Shown here in pieces: positions 1 through 12,854 of a stretch of 64,000 nt of DNA (the stretch's first letter is position 1; each line of letters opens with the position of its first letter). The position numbers and the translations under genes were made by a program. This DNA comes from Antedon mediterranea (lineage: Eukaryota > Animalia > Echinodermata), in the NCBI RefSeq assembly GCF_964355755.1, contig NC_092675.1, positions 2,413,812-2,477,811 on the forward strand. Reading direction: 5' to 3'. The notes beneath the pieces were generated by a model. It saw only the letters and a program-made list of their open reading frames with translations. It made no database searches and was not told the DNA's origin.

Positions 1-69
1 TGTATGCAAGGATACCTGTAGGCCTACCAAGACTAGATATAACGAGCCTTTGTTCTGAATGATACGTAC

Positions 70-3000
70 CAGACGGTAACAGTTCTGCTTTGAAGACGGC
101 AATCTCTGCTTTCTTTCGGCTGATGCTAACCAACTTATCAAGTGTAAACAAGATGGCGGGACCAAGGAAGAAGAACCAGAAGAATGGAGGCTGCACCAAT
201 CGACCACTTCCGTGTAGAACCATCAATATGTAGAATATAACGTACATATTATGAGTCAGCCAAAACAGGTTGAAGACATTTCGACGAGCATATTGGGTTG
301 CAAACACGTACATGACACAAGCCAGGAGTACCAACAGAACGCCAGTAAAACCTGGAAATAAAAAATTAAATTTCACTTTCTGCATTTTCTTTAAATCGGA
401 ACAAAACGCAAACAATGTATCGTTCAAATCTATATTGCTCTTATTTGTATAACTACCCGGTTGTATTGCGTACAGTGCGCATACACGGTAGACTATCTTG
501 ACAAATTGTAATTAGGCGGTAAAACCTACCAGTAATAGTCTGCCAGCACCAGTAGTGAAACTTTGGAAGTACATGCGACCTGTGGAAGAAATCTCTAAAC
601 AGGCAGGTAAGATCGTTTGGAGGTTGACTGGCGATGTGATAGAAATTGATTCCATGACCAATTGTGTGCATCACTAAAAAATATAAACAATAAAATATTA
701 ATAATCAAACGTGATTTTGTATAAATCTCAGACAACTTAATGGCTTGGCTACTTTACGACGCGGTACTAGACTACATGCAGTCTAATAAAAACATAAGTA
801 TTACACCGTGGAACAGTGGCCTACATTGATTAGACCTACAATACTAAAGATATTTATTTTATTTTTGCAATTGATTGAAGTTTTATAACAGAAAGAAGAA
901 AATGTATTAAAATTGGTGGATGTATAATCCAGCTTGGTACCCACTTAAACGCAACTCAAGGGCGTGCGCGCAACACAATTGAGTTGGCCAATCACAATAG
1001 ACAATTCAAATACCTTGTGATTGGTCAAATTCCTTGTTTTGCGCTTAAGTATTGGCGTTGCGTCCAGGTGGAACTAAGATCCGAGACCGAAGCAACTTAC
1101 CGGAAAAGAACAGTGCGTAAAGCGCAATTATCTTGTGCATTGCCAACGCTGAATCGAACGGAATGAATCGGTGCAAAAACGTCTCTCTGAGCCTTGTAAT
1201 CAAGTTACGGCACATGGTGACAAGTAGGGACGAAAAGGTAAACATCATTGCACTTGCAGCTCCACGAGTCACAGTGACACCATAACCAGCAATACGACGC
1301 AATCCAGCAAATTCACGTTCAATCGAATAATCTATGAGGGAAATTGCAACATTTATAATAAAACCATTGACTCACACAATATAGTATAGTACTGTTTTAT
1401 ACATAGGCCTACAACTGCTATCAAAATAATGTTAATTATACTTACAGTAGGCTCGTTCGGCAAAGACTGCAGCTAGGACCAATGTGTATAGAACCAACCA
1501 GAAGATCTTCAGTCTTTCGTTTTCAATGAAGCGCTTCAATTGTCCAAATACCTTTTCAGAATCGGTCTTAGGGTAGGCTGCTTGTACAGTCTCAATCTGT
1601 ACTGAGCGAGTCTGTCGACGTTGGATTCCTCCCTTAACGCCACCTCCCTTATTGCCGCTACCCTCTCCTTGTCCTTTATTACTGTAATTAGATAAGTCGA
1701 TAAAGTGTAGTTGATATAACAAATTGTGAGTAAAATCCATTGTGTTTTGTATTAATATCTGAAGGCACAATAGCGGCGAACGTATTATGATGTGGATTTA
1801 GAAATATTTTGAGAAAAGAGACGCATTAAAATCGTATGTGGTATGTCTACTATGTTATTACTTACGCATAGGCTCTGATGATCGTTTTCTTAGCTCGAGA
1901 TGGTGCGTTGCCACGGTGAATAACAGTTCCACGAGGGGCATGGGTTTTGGTCTCTTGTTGAACGGGTGCCGCTTCTTGACCCTGAATTTGTAAAGAGGCG
2001 TTACTGAGTTCTTCTTTATGTTCACCCATCAATTGATTGAAATCCTCCAGGCTAAGCTCATTCTTACTCTCAAATCCCGCGGAGCTGAACATAGTCTGCA
2101 CTACTTGTTCCAATTGGCTTGGCTCCAGGTCAGCACTCACTACTTCCATCATAGACCTGGTGAGAAATAATCTATGCTTAGCAACATTTACACTACCGTA
2201 TCTTTACATAGGATGTTCACGAACGTCATTGCCTCTAATGTTGAGTAAACATTTAGGTAATTCTGTTAAACAATAATAATCAATACAAACTATACATTAC
2301 TTCAACATTTTCTTGAACTCTTCTCTCGTTAACATTCCAGAGTGGTCGACATCGTACATGTTAAACATCAACTCTAACTTGTCATCGGGATTTCCTTTAA
2401 AACAAATTATTTTTAACTACATTAATAAGGAAAAGAATTGTAGGCCTATTGATAACGATACACAATACAGTATTTCTTGACTGCTTACACAATCATAATC
2501 ATAATCACAATCATAATCATCGATGTAAAATGTTATTGAAGATGTAATGTAGGATTTGGCTTTCACAGGATGTAACACAAAATTCCTCGATTGTGTTAGA
2601 ACCAAAACGTTCGTTCTTTCAAAGTAGAAATCAAATGTATACAGTACTAAATTTCTACATTAGTTCACATAAGTCCGCATAAAAAGAACGAACAATATAT
2701 TTACCTCGAGCAAATATCACAATAATATCAAGGAACTCTCTGAAAGATACGGTGCCACTGTTATCTTTATCCACTAGATCAAACATCTGATCGACGAAAA
2801 CCGAATCGGATTTCATTGAGAGTGCTTCGGCAAATTCTTGTTTGGTCAGTTCACAGGTCAAAACGTCCTTGGCAATTTCTGATTTGAATTCGGTTATGTC
2901 GTCAGGATCAACATCAAGTTTGAAAGCCTGTGCAAAAGCAACTCGAAAGAAGCGTTCTAGTGTCTTTTGCCGTTGAACTTTAGTGTTGGCCATTCGCAAC

Positions 3001-6000
3001 ATTTCAGCCTGGTGAACTTCACGACGTTCGCGGCCTACACCGATAGCAGGGTCAGTCAAGAAGGACTCTATGTCGCTTATAAACGCATTCCTTTCCTCTT
3101 CAGTATCAAATTTCATAACCTGATAAATACAAAACAAAATATTACTAGAAGAAATTGTCTTTTTGTCGCTTTAATTTGGTTACTTCCAATCATATACCAT
3201 AGTATATTGTCTAAACGGTTTGAGCATTTCGAACCAGAGGGATCTGTGGATGTGTGTCTAGTATACTCGACGAATGCACAATTTCAATAAAGAGTACGGT
3301 ACTTACAAGATCATACTCCTTTTCTATAACAATAGTCATCATCTTTCGGCGCTGATCTGGACACACCAATAGGGTAATCTTTTGATGGATAGCGAGATCA
3401 ATTGTTCGATAGGTCTTGTTTCCGCGATCATTTAGAACAGTTATAGATTTTCCTGGCCCAAGTCGTACGGCAATAGGACGCTCGGATTGTCCGTCTCCAC
3501 ACCATTCCCTCGCTGGAATAGAAAAAGGTATGATTTATATGCAATTCCTTACAAATATATACCTACTAATTAAACAGTTAAAATTGCTGCTTTTCATATC
3601 TGTGTATAGGAACTACTTATCATTGTGCGCGCATGCGGCAACATTGGGATGTACTTCCGCATTCGATTCTTCGATTCAACTTTTATGGGAGGTTTCGTAA
3701 ATCGAATAATCTCTCAGAAAATCCCAGTACAAGTGTCTGCAAGGGCCCAGTTACATGTTCTCAATTCACCCACTGCTTATTGAGGTCGTCAACTATACTT
3801 ACTCGAATAAAGTCTTGTCGTTTCCTTAGCAGATTTTCTACTCTTTCTACGCTGTGCTTTACGTGATTCGTTAATCATTTTTCTTCGGTTACGCGAAAGA
3901 ACGTACAGAAGTACAACACACCCTACAAAATATAACGGTAACAATTAATAGAACTACAGTAATCGTAAAATCTGTAGCAATCCGAGATCAGAATTTGACT
4001 GAACTATGGCTGGTTACATTAATATACAAATATCGACTCGAATTTACAATCTCCAGATTACTAGCATGACATTCATGACTGCACTGATCAATAACTGTTA
4101 TGGTGGTTAGTGATTTTTTTAAAGATTTCTTTTCCGTATTAGAAACGGCCATCGGATACGGTGATGTTGTATACCAATGGGCACATTCACATTAATAATC
4201 TTACATAAGTAAATACCTTCCATATGTATTGATCTAAGTGAAGTATTTATTATTTATGAACAGAAGATTATCACTGTATTTTTATCAAAACATCAAGGCT
4301 TTAACTCTAGTATTTTTGTTCTTTCGCCATTCAAATTTCCACAAAAAAAATCAAGCATTGCAAGTAAAATAACAAAAAAATGCTTACCAATGGCCCATAC
4401 ACCGGCTGCTAAAAATGTTAGTACAAACGACACTTCACTTCCTTTGAAATAATCAAACGTGTAGGGATCGGTACAATTGTCCAATTCATGCTCAGATATC
4501 GTCAGATTGAATGCTTCTACGGCTTCATCATAACATTTTTCACCTACAAAAAATATCGTAAATGAAACTTAATATTTACAAGAAAAGTGATCCGGTTATA
4601 AACCCATATTGACGGCGCTAAACGTAGCAGCCATCATACAAGTTTCTTGGAAATTTGTTTTTTTCTTCACTACTTATCGACGATTTGTACAGTAAAATCT
4701 ATTGCTGGTTAATCTCCCAATATTCTAGACTCAAATGCCTTGATTTTCTGCATTTCGTTTACTTGTTTCAGTTAATTTACAAGTGGGTAATTTCATGACT
4801 GTATTGACTATTATGTCTGGTCCAGATTTCTACATTCTTAAATAAGGCTTCAGAATACCTTCATAGAAATGGAATGGATCCTTTTGAATGTCGCCTTCAT
4901 TGATATCCGTGGCAAGTATCAATACATCGTGTATTGTAATATTCCATATGATTTCTTGTTCTTCTTTAGTGAATGGACTGTGAATAAAATTGTGGCCAAC
5001 GGTAAGGATAACAAGCAGACTATTCAGAAGTATTTTACAACCTTTTCTGCAGAAGCTCATTTGTGCAAAGATAATGTTTGGAAAGTCTTTGGTTACAGAC
5101 AAATGAAACCAATCATTTCAGCTCTCTACGCACCACAAACAAAATAGAAAATACGACAAGCTGGAAATTGCATACAAACATATAATTTTAATACAATTCT
5201 ATTAATTAATGACAGCTATAACTTACCCTCCAACGTCATTTTCAAACCAAAATCTGTCACCATCACGAATTCTGCGAAATTGATCAAGGATTACTGTACG
5301 GAACAATTCTCCAGGTCCATTTTTAGTCGTTTCAAGAAGACCACCGGGCCAAATATCAACTTTGTTGATATCGCCATTATAGACATTAGCCAAGTTCTCG
5401 GTAAGTATCTAGAACATATAAGGGTAATTGTTGAAACTATATTAACTGTGTCACGAAATAGACATTCGTTTTTTTTCAATCGTTTTAGTTGGCAAATTTA
5501 GGCCTGCTTCCTATTCAGACGATATGTTATTTTGAAACAATTCCAAAATAAAAAATAAATCATCTTACCGAACATGGAATTGCTGCCTCCTGAGTATTGT
5601 TGCAATAAGGATTAATTTCTTCGAATGTTTTTCTGGCTTTCAATCCGTACGCTCTTCTAGCAGTGTTGTAATCAGGCAGACCATGATCACGGCCACGCTG
5701 GATATTAATTGCCATCAGATCACGACGAGAGAAGTCCAATCTACCAAATACGTTACCTAAAAGATCAATAAAAATAGCATCAAATCATTCAAACGTATGA
5801 CATCATCGTGTCCATATGGTCACAATTTTGTCACACAAAGTTTGATGTGTGAACGCGGATTAATATAAAAATTGTCTAAGCACACGTGTGAGGGAACTGT
5901 TAGTGTGTGTCAGTATTGTACTTGCCTCTTAAATCTTCTAAAATGATGTTATCTTCTCGTTCACAGTGCTGTGAAGCCATGCCCATGAGGTAGCTTTCCA

Positions 6001-9000
6001 TACCAGTTTCTCTTATAGGAAGCTGTAAAAAAAAAGAATATAAAATAAATAAGAAATAGAGTAGAACCTATCTGCTGTGATACCTGTCACGGGCATCCGT
6101 GAAACGAACGTTTGGTCCTAAAGGTGTCCCCTTAATAGGGGTTCCACTGTATTCCTTCAAAACAGGGTTACTGTGATAATATCTTTTTTTCTTTTTCAAT
6201 GTAATATAATGGATACCATAGAACTGATAAAGTAGGAGTGTGATTTTCGGATTTTGAAAACAACGTAGATATGGTGTAAAAGTTAACACATCGTCAAATG
6301 TGTATTCTGCATTATGAAATTATTTTTAAGATTTGAGTAAATACAACGTGATCATAATGCTCCTATTACACACATGTGATGCTGTACCAAGGAATGTGTT
6401 TATGAACAGTATAGGCTACATTAAACGTACCTGTGGATTCCAAAAGGAGTTGCAGGTTCTTGTGCCAATCCTACCGATTGGCTTGTACTTCTCCGGTGTA
6501 AAACTAGAATCCTTTGTCGTTCTAAAGAAATCACAATCCTTATCTCTGTTGGAAAAAAAAACATTCGTGTTTCACACTTACCAGATATGTATATACTTTT
6601 CAATATGCATTACTTTATATACAGATCATTTCAAATTCTAAATTATTAATTTACATTTAAAAACAACATTGTCAAAGCTCTACCATTCATAGTTAAATAG
6701 AAGAATAATAGTTGAAACGCTTTTACGGTTCTTTGTGACGCATGTACCTACAAAGGCAACTCTTACCTTCTCGCAACTCCTGGTACAACAAGAGTATGGC
6801 CAAATCTCATTGCAGCGGACTGGAAAATGTGACTAACTTGTGGGTGAATATAAGGCTTATAACCTATGAAAGAAAGAAGAAGAAAACTGTTATGTTATAC
6901 AATATATACAAATGTAATTTATTATGTAATAGTAATGTAATAATTATTCCATAAGCATGCACACTTGTATCTATTATTATTTTTATGGAAAATACAATAA
7001 ATGTGAATGAATAGGTATATTAGCCTACCATCATATGCGTTCTCCTCCATTTCAGCCTCGTCCATGTTAAGGAATGCTGGAAGCCATTCATACCATACCA
7101 ATTTCTGTGAAATTATTAGTTATACATTAATGTGTGAACAAAAGAATTCATTAAATTTATTAGAAAATCTAAAATTAAACACAAAAAAGTAGTCAAGCCA
7201 AGAAAATGGCTATTAGTTGTATGTTACATTGAACTGCATCATCCTAAGCATGCACAATATTCTATATAATGTTTGCGCAAACATTATTTGGGCGAGGTGA
7301 ATATAAAACTATTATTAGGTTATATTTGGCATACCTGATATGTTCCGATTACCCACTTTCTTGCTTCATTGAAAATCATTTCATCATTCATTTTACCCGT
7401 TGTGTCTTCACGTTTAATTCTATCCGCCCAATAATTATGCCAACGAAACCACAAAATACCAAACGATAGTAGATATGGATTCTCGTCACCTCTTGGATTT
7501 CCAAGCTCTATATTAGAAAAATTGATTTGTATAGAAATTGGTATTTTAATATCATTTTAATCACTTAAAAAAAAATATCACTAATCATGCATTCGGTTAT
7601 GCCTGCACCATGCCACCAAGAGAAGCACGTCAACTACGCGTTATTTCCTTTCTTTTGATTGGTCAATAGTTTTTTTAGAAATGTTTGTACTGGCCAAGAC
7701 AATGCACTAAAATGAAGGCAATTGCACTTGCAATAATACTTACTGAAGAAACGCGTTACATCACGAAGAGTATGCTGGTCTGATTCTGCTGGTGGAGGAG
7801 GGTTTGCCATGGGAAGTCCAATTATGTTTTCCGAAGGAAACTGAGGTTCACCTCGATCCTCATTCGAAGCAAGTTTCCCATCTTTGAACGATCTTAGAGC
7901 ATCTGCCCAAGCTTTGGTGGTACCGTAAACTAAACCTCCGTCTATCCATGGGGTGATTTCATTCAACTGTATAAGTTAATATCACTAGTTAGTTAGTATT
8001 TCTAAAAACATTGGGGTATCTGGGCCTAAACGTACAGTCCCAATTCTACTATAACGGACCACTCTGGGTAACAATACGTTTGATATAAAGCACAGGCATT
8101 TACCTGTTCTCTTGGTACGCTTGGATTGAAACCTGTATTCATATCATAACGTGATCTAAGAAATGGCATTTCATCCAGAGGAATGTATTTTCTGTAACGA
8201 TGACCTGATGGAATTTTAATATTAAAATATTCTGGTGGACATCCGGCTCTTTGAGCATCAAGGATTTCTTCTACAACTTGCTGACCTGAAAGATGAACGG
8301 AATACAAATATTTTTTTCCCCAAAAGAATGAACGTAAACACAATGCAATTGTGTGTGATTGATCAACTGTCATGTTTTACGCAATTGTGTTGGTCCAAGT
8401 GGAAACCAAGCTTTAATACTTCCAACTTCTGAACCAATCTCTATACTGTATCTCAACATAAGGAATTATATGTTGATCAATAGGCAAACTCTGTAATACA
8501 GTATCACATGTGGAGCTTCAATTTGTTTCGATACCTACAAATATAGACAGTACTGTATCATTGTGTATTAAAATAATTTAACTATACCAAAGAATGTCAT
8601 GAAAGCTGTTCTCTTGAGTAATGATCCACTGCCAGTTTCTCCTTTCATGGTAGCATCGCTGATGTCAAATGGGTTTGGCCTATCTGCTCCCGATGGATTG
8701 TATACACCATCAACATAAGCTGGAGGTACTCTTCTCGTCAGAGCCATTTCTAAAAACAAACATAAAACATTTAATTCACACGATCAAATACAAGAGCCAT
8801 CTTTATCATCAAATGTGATGTGCCCATATATGGAAACGATGACGTCAAATCACTACCATATTTAGGCATATCACACTTTTTTTTGTCAAACTATTTTGAT
8901 AATGTCACTAGAGTTTAAAACATTTACAAAAAATACCTGCGCCGCCCCAATCCGGATGAGCTAAGTTGTTGTACCAGCCATCGTAACCTTCGTACTCCGC

Positions 9001-12000
9001 AATATACTCTTCCTCCTCCGAATCATATCCATGGTCATCTTCGCCATCTAAAACAAAAATGTATTAAAATATGATAATTATATCAAATATATTATTAGTA
9101 TTGTGATGAAAGTTACTAAAGTCATCAAGAGTGAAATTCACTCTTTCTTGATTAAACTAAACACTCCATTACGCATTGTGTTTATATACACGATGTGCAG
9201 ACGTTCCCTTGTACAAAAATTAAGATGATTAAATCAATAATATAAGAAATCAACAGATAAATAAGATTATATAAGTATTCAATACGCAAAGCTATATTTA
9301 GCCTAACGCATCGGCTTTTTATTCTCCAGACTCTATGATAGATAATACATTGTTATAAACGCATGATTTTTTATTTCCATTTTCACCAAAACGAAAGATA
9401 GATATTATTTCCATTCCAGTAGTGTATTACATTATTTTTATAAGCATATGAATATGAACTGACATACATCCATAAGTATATAGGGCACATTTTAAGGTTA
9501 GCGGAAAGAAAGACGGTAAACACCAATATTAAAAGAGAATGTTTCGTTAAACAGGCAGTACCCAAAAGAAAATTAGCCATTATGAACTTAGCAACACAAT
9601 GAAAGAATGGACAACGCTACGAAACATATTCTCTTTGCATATACATACATTATTATTAGCAATACACATACATTTAAGCATGAAATATGAATGCTTTTTA
9701 TACATTATCATCTTATATTATACATATATTATATTATCATCGCCCAGCAAAACTCCGGAGTTTGCCAACACACACGTACAGACAAAACACAGATATGGGG
9801 CCTAAAGTCATGCAGCGTTTGCCCACACACCCATACAGACAAAACACAGGTATGGGGCCTAAACTCATGCAGCGTTTGCCCACACACGTACAGACAAAAC
9901 ACTGGTGTGATGCCTAAACTCTAGAGTTTTGCATTTTGACAACAATATATAATACTGTAGGCCTACAGTAGATAAAACTGTGGAAAAAATGAAAAGCGAA
10001 GCTTTAACAAACAGATTTATGAATAATATACCATGGACAAAATATTTTCCATAAATATATCAAGTAAAGTGACATCCTCTAAACTTCAATACGTATGTGA
10101 TGCTATGTATAATTGATGTAAAGATGAAAATAAAGTGATACATTCATTGATTATCTTTCTTCATCGTTGGAGTTAGTATATTAATGTACATTATTATCTT
10201 CAATACATTAGTATGATAAATATATATATTCTCTTTATTAAAAAAATATTGACCAATTTACATCTGTGGCAAAATTGCATTAAAAAAATTGTAAAAAAAA
10301 ACATTAAAAAGTGCAAGAATCAAAACAGCATTAAAGGGAAAAAATCTGGTAAAAAACACATACAAAGTTAAAAAGGCAAGAAATTTGTCGGAAGTTGGCA
10401 TGGAGGGTAAAAAATTAGTGTGTTATAAATTAATTTAGTATAAGTATACCTTCTTTTGGGTTATTAATATCCTTTTTTTAAACACAATTACGAATAGGTA
10501 ATAAATAATGCAAAAATTTGGTGTAAAACATTAGCAAATTGGATTATACTTAGTTATATTATTATACAGTATATTCATGTTCGAACCTGCGACTCGTTGT
10601 TTGCAGAGCAAAGCAAGTTTAACTTCACAATAGTACTGGCTGGATTACCAAATAAAAACCAATGTGTATGCGTACCGGATTTGTATACAATGTGTTAAGC
10701 ATGTAGCGGTACGGTATGCTTTTAACTGAGTTTTACTAAAAAAGCAAGGATCATGAAATGATTGGATGAAAAAGCAAGCGTCCTAGAAGCATGGATGAGA
10801 ATATTACCTCCTTGTTTTGTTGTTATTTCTGTTTGTTTTGTAGTAGACCTACTTTCAGTAGTAACGACTCCACTTTTAGTGGTGACGTCACCTTGAGTGG
10901 TGGCGTCACTTTGAGTAGTGACGTCATTTCGAGTAGTGACGTTACTTTGAGTAGACTGAGCCGATGTCGTTGCAGGTGGTGTTGCTATACAACAAACATT
11001 TTAAAACCAAACTATTATCATTGTTGAGTGTATCATAAACTCTTTTATTCTATGCCTATCTAAAGATAACAAGCTCACATCTTTCACAATGACGGAAGGA
11101 TCATTATAAGTTATATCCTTAATAACTGTGAACCGTAAACAGGCAAACAAATTATTTTGTTGATTGTTTTGCCAACTTATGGCAAAGCTCCATTATCATC
11201 TCAATTATTTAGTAAGATCGAATTTTATAATATCAAAAAGCTGTAAATACAACCAATTTGTTGGTTTTTAAGACAAACAGCATCCTTAAGCAAAGCAATG
11301 CTTGTTTCTATGTGATATAATACCTGTGCTTCCTTGTACTACCGTAGTATAACTATCTGTGGTACCGGTTTTGGTCGTCGGATCTTGTAACGTTTGTGCA
11401 TTGCTCAACACTATATAATAAAGGTGACGTATAGATGAACCATGGTTCATTTGTTAGTAGAGACCTACACTAAAGCTAGTTCTTTGTATATAATTACATG
11501 GGCTTCCGTTGATCATTGCAGTATTAATTTGTGCTACTGTACATACACGTTTAGTTAAATGTTAAGTGCAAGGCGGACATTCGCCCTGGTATAAAGTTAC
11601 ATTGCTGTAGGGTACCGACATCAATGTAAACGTAGCGTAATACTGGACCATTGAGAATCAAAGTTGACCCGCGCATGAACACGTGACCATGCGTTTTATC
11701 AATTTGTAAGCGCGCACGTTAAAGTACACCGTATGTTATACTTCTCTCCGAAAGTATGGCAAGCTGTTCTATCCACTTTTTAACATCTGAATTTAAATTA
11801 AGTGGAAAAAATCCCACTTAATTTAGGACTATAAGGTAATAAAACAACATATTCCACAATGCAAAAAAAAATCTATAAAAAACTTTAGTCTTTACGCATC
11901 CATGAGCGAGGGCGCTATATAGGCTATCTATTATCAAAAGCAGTAGGAAGTAGGGCCAGTAATACAGTAGACGAAATTAATTTCCGTTTCACTCGTTCTG

Positions 12001-12854
12001 ACGTATGATCACGTACTTAGATATCACTCTAATCTAAATGATCAAACCGAACCCTTCTATCTGCAATGAGAGTTAAGGCACCTTATATGAGTTCCGACCT
12101 AAATGAGTCTACTATTGGTTTTGATACGGCATAATTTTATTTCAATCAAATCCACAAAATAATTATGAACATAGGACGTCTACCTAGATACCGTTGCAAT
12201 ACATGCATGCATATATACTTTCAGTTTTACAAACTGTATTGTATGGGCCTACTTCGTTTACATTATTATGCATGTATTATACATATATAAAATAATTATT
12301 AACATTAACAATATATAATTTTTACATTTATACAATTTCCAAATCCAAGTAAAATATACATTGAGAAAGTAAAAGTAATAATGAAACTGGCGATTCTATT
12401 TTTAAATACCCAACTCATCCTACATTAACCCCTCTCCCCTCCCTTACCTCATCTCCCTCTCAAATTCCCTCTACCGCATATATGTATAGTATGGTTTTCA
12501 TTTCGTATAACCTCATCCTCTGTATTACGCAAAAAAATGTTATTGTAATATACCACTATATCCTATACAATTGTAGAGTACCAGGAAATACGGTAAAACT
12601 ATCTTTTAACTGACTTCATTGCCGAAAGTCATAACAGTAGAGCAACAGGGGTCACATTCCTCCCAAGAATTAAATTAACCGTGCACACACACCGTTTGTA
12701 AAGCTAATTCCAATGATCTTTAAAATACCTGCAACTCACTCACAATGCATGACCCGTTTATTTGTCTTACTCTACAAGAATAAAATCAGTTTAACTTACG
12801 TGAACACGTCACTAAGAAGCCGAAGAACACTATGTGTTTGATGTACAACCTCAT
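70..12854 (-). CDS. DUOX: Dual oxidase (peroxidase-like ectodomain, TM, EF-hands, NOX/gp91 TM region); 3' part (FAD/NADPH domains) lies beyond the window start
   Basis: 25 phase-consistent exons, in transcription order: 12800-12854 (MRLYIKHIVFFGFLVTCS, signal peptide), 11324-11410, 10808-10984, 8937-9047 (YDGWYNNLAHPDWG), 8588-8749, 8104-8285, 7744-7966 (LNEITPWIDGGLVYG), 7335-7507, 7029-7104, 6767-6863 (AMRFGHTL), 6431-6545, 5926-6022, 5569-5756 (INIQRGRDHGLPDYN), 5227-5408 (RIRDGDRFWFEN), 4859-4977, 4388-4543, 3803-3922, 3307-3512, 2705-3119 (EF-hand DKDNSGTVSFREF), 2301-2394 (EF-hand DVDHSGMLTREEF), 1866-2156, 1446-1681, 1101-1331 (TRGAASAMMF), 530-673 (HTIGH), 70-351 (FWLTH..HGSGRLVQ). 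About 1406 codons lie in the window. The first three exons are less certain than the rest. Confidence 0.96.
932..1080. mobile_element. MITE family B (AGCTTGGT.CCCACT...GTGGAAC.AAG), Harbinger-like
   Basis: Imperfect TIRs and an internal inverted TTGGCCAATCACAA/TTGTGATTGGTCAA. Related fragments occur at ~8355-8415 and ~60125-60196. Confidence 0.55.
8794..8915. mobile_element. MITE family A, degenerate copy
   Basis: TGTGATGTGCCCATATATGG..ATCACTACCATATTT..TTTGTCAAACT matches the family A interior in reverse orientation. Confidence 0.6.
9747..9932. mobile_element. Small TIR element containing a 57-bp tandem repeat (~3 copies)
   Basis: GCAAAACTCCGGAGTTT at 9747 and AAACTCTAGAGTTTTGC ending at 9932 are inverted repeats. 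The unit recurs at 9761, 9818 and 9875. Confidence 0.6.

Noticed and set aside
3610-3790. GC-richer stretch in a DUOX intron as a possible extra exon
   Set aside because: No suitable GT donor in an open frame, and the flanking exons (3803 and 3512) already join in phase.
11411-11450. In-frame upstream ATG (MNHGSSIRHLYYIV) as the DUOX start
   Set aside because: It gives a poor signal peptide. The acceptor at 11411-11412 plus exon 12800-12854 gives a much better one. It remains possible as a minor alternative start.
11800-11815. NF-kB-like GGAAAAAATCCC in DUOX intron 1 (similar GGGGAACTTC at ~29661)
   Set aside because: Short degenerate motifs are expected by chance in 64 kb, and no conservation data are available.
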